Source: Eledone cirrhosa
Lineage: Eukaryota
Assembly: GCA_964016885.1 (NCBI GenBank)
Contig: OZ024747.1
Span: 32,860,001-32,924,000 of the forward strand
Reading direction: 5' to 3'
DNA length: 64,000 bases
A program made the translations under genes and the position numbers. Positions 1 to 7,500 of this stretch are shown one piece after another. The notes under the pieces are model-generated. The model searched no databases. It was not told the origin of the DNA and was given only the letters and a program-made list of their open reading frames with translations. Every line of letters starts with the position of its first letter. Position 1 is the stretch's first letter.

Positions 1-687
1 GGAGCCAGAACCAAATGGGAAAAAATGGTAAGTAATGACATAAATGGGACCTGCCCCTTGTATAGGAGCAAATTTTGGAATAGAATAGAAAGAACTAGGA
101 ACAAGGCTAATAGAATAAACTCATGGTATGATAGCAATAAATACCAGAGTGTAATGTTCATCGATACAACCCCTAGAGGCGAACAAGCCTACAAATTTAG
201 AAGGGCCCTAAATAAACATAAACTCAATATTAAGATAGTAGAAAGACCAGGTACCTCCGTAAAAACACTTATTAGCAAGACATACCCTTTTCAAAGACCC
301 TCATGTATAGATAAGAAATGTATAACCTGTAAAATAAGCCCCCATATTAACTGTAAAACTAGAAATGTAGTGTATAGCATAAGATGTACTGCAGGACAAT
401 GTAGAAACAAAAATATAGTGTACATAGGTGAGACAGCTCGTAGTATAGGGGAACGGATAAATGAACACTGGCGAGACCTTCAAAATAATAAAGAACCATC
501 TGTACTCTACCAACATGCTAAGATAGAACACAAGGGTAAATTGGAGAACATAGAAATAAAAATAGAATCTACACACAGAAAAGATGCAATGTTTAGACCA
601 ATTACAGAGGCAATAAACATAAAAGAATTACAACCAAAATTAAATAGAAAATATGAGTGGAACAGCAACATCACAACTTACAATTAA
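1..687 (+). CDS. Partial PLE polyprotein C-terminus (thumb/linker plus GIY-YIG endonuclease), open from base 1
   Basis: Frame is open from position 1 (GARTKWEK-MVSN...), so the ATG at 25 is internal. Motifs: linker CIDKKCITC...INCK; GIY-YIG NVVYSIRC..C...VYIGETARSIGERINEH; YQH; ITEAINI (catalytic Glu) and PKLN. Stop TAA at 685-687. Probably a pseudogene fragment like copy 2. Confidence 0.88.
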   Translation, partial: GARTKWEKMVSNDINGTCPLYRSKFWNRIERTRNKANRINSWYDSNKYQSVMFIDTTPRGEQAYKFRRALNKHKLNIKIVERPGTSVKTLISKTYPFQRPSCIDKKCITCKISPHINCKTRNVVYSIRCTAGQCRNKNIVYIGETARSIGERINEHWRDLQNNKEPSVLYQHAKIEHKGKLENIEIKIESTHRKDAMFRPITEAINIKELQPKLNRKYEWNSNITTYN

Positions 688-700
688 GGACAAAATGAAA

Positions 701-760
701 ACACACACACACATAGAACAAACAACCAACCAATAACATGTAAATAAATAAATAAATAAA
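701..760 (+). repeat. Short microsatellites in PLE 3' UTR: (AC)6, AACC repeats, (TAAA)5
   Basis: ACACACACACACA at 701-713 and TAAA x5 at 741-760; same at offset 3526 in copy 2. Confidence 0.8.
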
Positions 761-795
761 CAAATAGATGAATGAACATAAACACACACCGACAC

Positions 796-853
796 CCGGA
801 TGTGGCGCATGCGCAAACTGAGCACACAACACACACACAGAAACAAAATGGCG
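796..853 (+). promoter_or_regulatory. Putative pseudo-LTR promoter: ETS-like, NRF1-like and YY1-like motifs (copy 1)
   Basis: CCGGATGTG 796-804, palindrome GCGCATGCGC 805-814 and CAAAATGGCG 844-853 lie in a CpG-containing patch within AT-rich sequence, just upstream of the hammerhead. Function is inferred. Confidence 0.5.
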
Positions 854-899
854 TAGGACAGAACAAAGGAGAGGCACAGAAACACAGAAAGGAATACCC

Positions 900-944
900 A
901 GTCACTGAAGAGGTCACAGAGTGTGTGACGAAAGGACTATGACT
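900..944 (+). ncRNA. Minimal type-I hammerhead ribozyme motif (copy 1)
   Basis: Stem I AGTCA 900-904 / TGACT 940-944; core CTGAAGA 905-911 plus extra G912; stem II GTCACA 913-918 / TGTGAC 924-929 with loop GAGTG; GAAA 930-933; vestigial helix III (GGAC 934-937); CTA triplet 937-939, predicted cleavage after A939. Minimal hammerheads are an established feature of PLE pseudo-LTRs. Confidence 0.85.
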
Positions 945-988
945 ATATATAAACAACTATCTGGTTGTGGAACCAACCAACCAACTAG

Positions 989-1034
989 AAATTTATAAAT
1001 TTATAAATTTGTAAATTTATAAATATATAATAAA
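989..1034 (+). repeat. AT-rich 8-mer array (AAATTTAT)x5 followed by AATAAA (copy 1)
   Basis: AAATTTAT AAATTTAT AAATTTGT AAATTTAT AAATATAT at 989-1028; AATAAA at 1029-1034. Confidence 0.75.
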
Positions 1035-1158
1035 TTGAAGTGAAAGCAACTGGTGCGTGTGTTTCTTATTGGCAACATGACCCTCCCAAAATATAACAAT
1101 ATCGGTTTCAACACACGATTTCAGATAAAGAATCTTGCTAAACAAATTCAGAAACGAA

Positions 1159-2572
1159 ACACAATATATCATTATCACAGTAATATACAGTATCTCTTTA
1201 TCACAGTAATACACAGTATATCATTATCAGTGTAATATACAGTATATCAATATCACAGTAATACACAGTATATCATTATCAGTGCAATATACAGTATATC
1301 AATATCACAGTAATACACAATATATCATTATCAGTGTAATATACAATATATCATTATCACTATAATATACAGTATATCAATATCACAATAATACACAGTA
1401 TATTAATATCAGTGTAATATACAGTATATCATTATCAGTATAATATACAGTATATCATTACCACAGTAATACACAGTATGTCATTATCATTGTAATACAC
1501 AGTATATCATTATCAGTGTAATAGACAGTATATCATTATCAGTGTAATACACCTTATATCATTATCACAGTAATACACAATATATCATTATCAGTGTAAT
1601 ACACAGTATATCATTATCAGTGTAATACACAGTATATCATTATCAGTGTAATATAAAATATATCATTATCCCAGTAATACACAGTATATCAATATCAGTG
1701 TAATACACATTATATTATTATCAGTGTAATACACAGTATATCATTATCACAGTAATACACGATATATCATTATCACAGTAATACACAGTATATCATTATC
1801 ACAGTAATACACAGTATATCATTATCACAGTAATACACAGTATATCATTATCAGTGTAATATACAATATATCATTATCAGTGTAATACACCGTATATCAT
1901 TATCAGTGTAATACACAGTATATCATTATCAGAGTAATACACAATATATCATTATCAGTGTAATACACAGTATATCATTATCAGTGTAATACACAGTATA
2001 TCATTATCAGTGTAATACACAGTATATCATTATCAGTGTGATACACAGTATATCATTATCAGAGTAATACACAGTATATCATTATCAGAGTAATACACAG
2101 TATATCATTATCAGAGTAATACACAGTATATCATTATCACAGTAATACACAGTATATCAATATGAGAGTAATACACAATATATCATTATCACAGTAATAC
2201 ACAGTATATCAATATCACAGTAATACACAGTATATCATTATCACAGTAATACACAATATACCATTATCTCAGTAATACACAGTATATCATTATCAGAGTA
2301 ATTCACAATATATCTTTATCAGTATAATACAGAGTATATCATTATCACAGTAATACACAATATACCATTATCTCAGTAATACACAGTATATCATTATCAC
2401 AGTAATACACAGTATATCATTATCAGTGTAATACACAGTATATCATTATCACAGTAATACACAATATATCATCCTCACAGTAATACACAGTATATCATTA
2501 TCACAGAAAAACACAGTATATCATTATCAGGTTAATACACAGTATATCATTATCACAGTAATACACAGTATA
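1159..2572. repeat. 26-bp satellite block (about 54 monomers) between the two PLE copies
   Basis: Continuous tandem ACAGTAATACACAGTATATCATTATC-type monomers, same orientation as the main array. Confidence 0.97.
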
Positions 2573-4213
2573 GGCAGTATGGATGTTGTGTCCCTGTATC
2601 CATCTATTGACGTGGATTTTGCTGTGGAGAAATGCGTAGAAATGATCAGTGAGAGCAAGGTTGAGTTCCGTGGGATTGATACCAGTGAGTTGGGACTTCT
2701 ACTTAAGCTTACCTATAGTAATAGTTACCTAGACACATATGACCTTAGCAACCTGTGCCCTACAAGACCAGCAAGAGGCAGACCACCTACCATTACCTCA
2801 ATGGCCAAGAAAACCCACACAGATAGATGGAACGGGTGGACCAGAGCCATACGGACACCCGAAAACCACGATGAACTGAAGAAAACTATTGCACATGCGG
2901 TAGGGGCCAGCATAAATCTAACCCTTAAGGAACATATGTTCAAATTTAATGGAAAAACATATGCCCAAGAGGAAGGAGCAGCCATTAGTGTTAGCATTGC
3001 AGGCGACATAGCTAACTTATTCATGGTATGGTGGGACAGTAGACTTAAACTTAAACTTAAAGAACAATTAGAAGACAGCTTAACCCTGATAATGTACTCC
3101 CGCTACGTAGATGATATAAATATCGTAGTTAAGACACCCCACTAGAGAACAGTCATGGAAAGCATCCAGCAAATAGCAAACTCCATCCACCAGAGCATTA
3201 GAGTTACTATAGACTACACAAGTAGACACCCCAACCATCGATTACCTGTACTAGACACAGAGCTCTGGTTAGATACCATTAACAACCAAAAACAAATCCT
3301 CCATTCCCATTATGCCAAACCCATGACTTCCAAACATCTGATCTACCGAAACTCGGCCATTTCGGACCATACCAAAATCAACATACTGATTGCGGATTTG
3401 GTACGGGTGATGAGAAATGTGTCCCGCATGTGCAACCCCGAAGAACTAGAGAGACACATACAACACTTCATCCACCGTATGCAGTTCTCTGGCTACAATC
3501 AGAGAGATAGAATCAGAGTGTATAGAGGAGCCAGAACCAAATGGGAAAAAATGGTAAGTAATGACATAAATGGGACCTGCCCCTTGTATAGGAGCAAATT
3601 TTGGAATAGAATAGAAAGAACTAGGAACAAGGCTAATAGAATAAACTCATGGTATGATAGCAATAAATACCAGAGTGTAATGTTCATCGATACAACCCCT
3701 AGAGGCGAACAAGCCTACAAATTTAGAAGGGCCCTAAATAAACATAAACTCAATATTAAGATAGTAGAAAGACCAGGTACCTCCGTAAAAACACTTATTA
3801 GCAAGACATACCCTTTTCAAAGACCCTCATGTATAGATAAGAAATGTATAACCTGTAAAATAAGCCCCCATATTAACTGTAAAACTAGAAATGTAGTGTA
3901 TAGCATAAGATGTACTGCAGGACAATGTAGAAACAAAAATATAGTGTACATAGGTGAGACAGCTCGTAGTATAGGGGAACGGATAAATGAACACTGGCGA
4001 GACCTTCAAAATAATAAAGAACCATCTGTACTCTACCAACATGCTAAGATAGAACACAAGGGTAAATTGGAGAACATAGAAATAAAAATAGAATCTACAC
4101 ACAGAAAAGATGCAATGTTTAGACCAATTACAGAGGCAATAAACATAAAAGAATTACAACCAAAATTAAATAGAAAATATGAGTGGAACAGCAACATCAC
4201 AACTTACAATTAA
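2573..4213 (+). pseudogene. Disrupted PLE RT-GIY-YIG polyprotein (ORFs 2579-3145 and 3155-4213 share one frame, split by TAG)
   Basis: GSMDVVSLYPSI (motif A), FNGKTYAQEEGAAISVSIAGDIANLFM (motif B), YSRYVDDI (motif C; YVDD at 3104-3115), RLPVLD, HYAKPM, then GIY-YIG. 3155-2579=576, so the ORFs are in frame; TAG at 3143-3145. The N-terminal domain and RT motifs before A are missing. Confidence 0.9.
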
Positions 4214-4321
4214 GGACAAAATGAAAACACACACACACATAGAACAAACAACCAACCAATAACATGTAAATAAATAAATAAATAAACAAATAGATGAATG
4301 AACATAAACACACACCGACAC

Positions 4322-4379
4322 CCGGATGTGGCGCATGCGCAAACTGAGCACACAACACACACACAGAAACAAAATGGCG
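4322..4379 (+). promoter_or_regulatory. Putative pseudo-LTR promoter motifs (copy 2)
   Basis: Same CCGGATGTG-GCGCATGCGC...CAAAATGGCG cluster as 796-853. Confidence 0.5.
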
Positions 4380-4425
4380 TAGGACAGAACAAAGGAGAGG
4401 CACAGAAACAAAGAAAGGAATACCC

Positions 4426-4470
4426 AGTCACTGAAGAGGTCACAGAGTGTGTGACGAAAGGACTATGACT
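4426..4470 (+). ncRNA. Minimal type-I hammerhead ribozyme motif (copy 2)
   Basis: Identical to 900-944; CTGAAGA at 4431-4437; predicted cleavage after A4465. Confidence 0.85.
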
Positions 4471-4514
4471 ATATATAAACAACTATCTGGTTGTGGAACC
4501 AACCAATCAACTAG

Positions 4515-4560
4515 AAATTTATAAATTTATAAATTTGTAAATTTATAAATATATAATAAA
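4515..4560 (+). repeat. AT-rich 8-mer array plus AATAAA (copy 2)
   Basis: Same as 989-1034 at offset 3526. Confidence 0.75.
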
Positions 4561-7500
4561 TTGAAGTGAAAGCAACTGGTGCGTGTGTTTCTTATTGGCA
4601 ACATGACCCTCCCAAAATATAACAATATCGGTTTCAACACACGATTTCAGATAAAGAATCTTGCTAAACAAATTCAGAAACGAAACACAATATATCATTA
4701 TCACAGTAATATACAGTATCTCTTTATCACAGTAATACACAGTATATCATTATCAGTGTAATATACAGTATATCAATATCACAGTAATACACAGTATATC
4801 ATTATCAGTGCAATATACAGTATATCAATATCACAGTAATACACAATATATCATTATCAGTGTAATATACAATATATCATTATCACTATAATATACAGTA
4901 TATCAATATCACAATAATACACAGTATATTAATATCAGTGTAATATACAGTATATCATTATCAGTATAATATACAGTATATCATTACCACAGTAATACAC
5001 AGTATATCATTATCACAGTAAAACACAGTATATCATTATCAGTGTACTATCGAGTATATCATCACCACAGTAATACACAGTATATCATTATCTGTGTAAT
5101 AGACAATATATCATTATCACAGTAATACACAATATATCATTATCAGAGTAACACACGATATATCATTATAGAGAGTAATACACAGTATATCGTTATCAGT
5201 GTAATACACAATATATCACTATCACAGTAATACACAATATATCATTATCACAGTAATAGACAGTATATCATTATCAGTGTAATATACAATATATCATTAT
5301 CAGTTGAAATACACAGTATATCATTATCACAGTATATCATTATCAGAGTAATACACAATATAACATTATCAGTGGTAATACACAATATATCATTATCAGT
5401 GTAATAAACAGTATATCATTATCAGAGTAATACACAATATATCATTATCAGTGAAATACACAGTATATCAATATCAATGTAATAGACAGTATATCATTAT
5501 CAGAGTAATACACAGTATATCATTAACAGTGTAATACACAGTATATAATTATCACAGTAATACACACTATATCATTATCCCAGTAATACACAGTATATCA
5601 ATATCAGTGTAATACCCAGTATATCATTATCAGAGTAATACACAGTATATCATTATCAGTGTAATACACAATATATCATTATCACAGTAATACACAATAT
5701 ATCATTATCAGAGTAATACACAGTATATCATTATCAGTGTAATACACAGTATATCATCATCACAGCAATACACAATATATCATTATCCCAGTAATACACA
5801 ATATATCATCATCAGTGTAATACACAGTATATCATCATCACAGCAATACACAATATATCAATATCAGTGTAATACACAGTATATCATTATCACAGTAATA
5901 CACAATATATCATTATCCCAGTAATACACAATATATCATCATCAGTGTAATACACAGTATATCATCATCACAGCAATACACAATATATCAATATCAGTGT
6001 AATACACAGTATATCATTATCATAGTAATACACAGTATGTCATTATCACAGTAATATACAATATATCATTATCACAGTAATACACAGTATATCATTATCC
6101 CAGTAATACACAGTATATCATTAACAGTGTAATACACAATATATCAATATCAGTGTAATACACAGTATATCATTATCAGTGTAATATACAGTATATCAAT
6201 ACCACAGTAATACACAGTATATCATTATCACAGTAATACAAAATATATCATTATCAGTGGTACTACACAGTATATCATTATCAGTGTAATAAACAGTATA
6301 TCATTATCAGTGTAATACACAATATATCATTATCACAGTAATACACAGTATATCATTATCAGTGTAATACACACTATATTATTAGCACAGTAATACACAG
6401 TATATCATTATCACAGTAATACACAATATACCATTATCTCAGTAATACACAGTATATCATTATCAGAGTAATTCACGATATATCTTTATCAGTATAATAC
6501 AGAGTATATCATTATCACAGTAATACACAATATACCATTATCTCAGTAATACACAGTATATCATTATCACAGTAATACACCGTATATCATTATCAGTGTA
6601 ATACACAGTATATCAATATCACAGTAATACACTATATATCATTATCACAGTAATACACAATATATCATTATCACAGTAATATACAATATATCATTATCAG
6701 TGTAATAAAAAGTATAACATTATCACAGTAATACACAGTATATCATTATCACAGTAATACACAATATATCATTATCAGTGTAATACACAGTATATCATTA
6801 ACAGTGTAATACGCAGTATATCATTATCACAGTAATACACAATATATCATTATCACAGTAATACACAATATATCATTATCCCAGTAATACACAGTATATC
6901 AATATAAGTGTAATACACAGTATATCGTTATCCCAGTAATACACAGTATATCATTATCAGTATAATACACAATATATCATTATCACAGTAATACACGATA
7001 TATCATTATCACAGTAATACACAGTATATCATTATTAGTGTAATATACAGTATATCATTATCACAGTAATACACAATATATCATTATCCCAGTAATACAC
7101 AATATATCATTATCACAGTAATACACAGTATATCATTATCAGTGTAATATACAGTATATCAATATCAGTGTAATACACAGTATATCATTATCACAGTAAT
7201 ACACAGTATATCATTATCCCAGTAATACACAGTATATCATTAACAGTGTAATACACAGTATATCAATATCAGTGTAATACACAGTATATCATTATCAGTG
7301 TAATACACAGTATATCATTATCACAGAAATACACAGTACATCATTATCAGAGTAATACACAATATATCATTATCAGTGTAATACAAAGTATATCATTAAC
7401 AGTGTAATACACAGTATATCAATATTACAGTAATACACAGTATATCAATATCAGTGTAATACACAGTATATCATAATCACAGTAATACACAGTATATCAT

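Larger units (their letters stand above)
1..1158 (+). mobile_element. Penelope-like retroelement (PLE), copy 1; 3' part only (runs off window start)
   Basis: Encodes a Cys-rich linker plus GIY-YIG endonuclease, followed by a 3' noncoding region with a hammerhead motif. Matches 3527-4684 at offset 3526; only two differences seen (885 C vs 4411 A; 981 C vs 4507 T). Satellite begins at about 1159. Confidence 0.93.
2573..4684 (+). mobile_element. Penelope-like retroelement, copy 2; 5'-truncated, about 2.1 kb, possibly Naiad-type
   Basis: Abrupt satellite-to-unique junction at 2572/2573, then RT motifs A, B and C, thumb, Cys linker, GIY-YIG and a 3' region with hammerhead; returns to satellite at about 4685. 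Clade is inferred from the long motif A-B insert plus C-terminal endonuclease. Confidence 0.93.

Noticed and set aside
301-1214. Minus-strand ORFs 301-576, 640-885, 671-877, 684-956, 1017-1214 and their duplicates at 3827-4740
   Set aside because: Low-complexity F/V/C/L-rich antisense translations of the A-rich PLE strand and microsatellites; no recognisable motifs.
3044-3061. (CTTAAA)3 giving LKLKLK in the RT
   Set aside because: Short in-frame slippage-type repeat; no evidence of function.
3143-3145. Selenocysteine recoding as reported for some Naiad PLEs
   Set aside because: The stop is TAG, the retained frame has no in-frame TGA, and I could not identify a SECIS-like fold.
2725-3687. 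Minus-strand ORFs 2725-3024 and 3499-3687
   Set aside because: Shadow ORFs opposite the RT coding frame.
2573-4213. Bacterial retron, group II intron or other prokaryotic RT system
   Set aside because: RT fused to a C-terminal GIY-YIG with CCHH residues, a pseudo-LTR hammerhead and a satellite context is diagnostic of a eukaryotic PLE.
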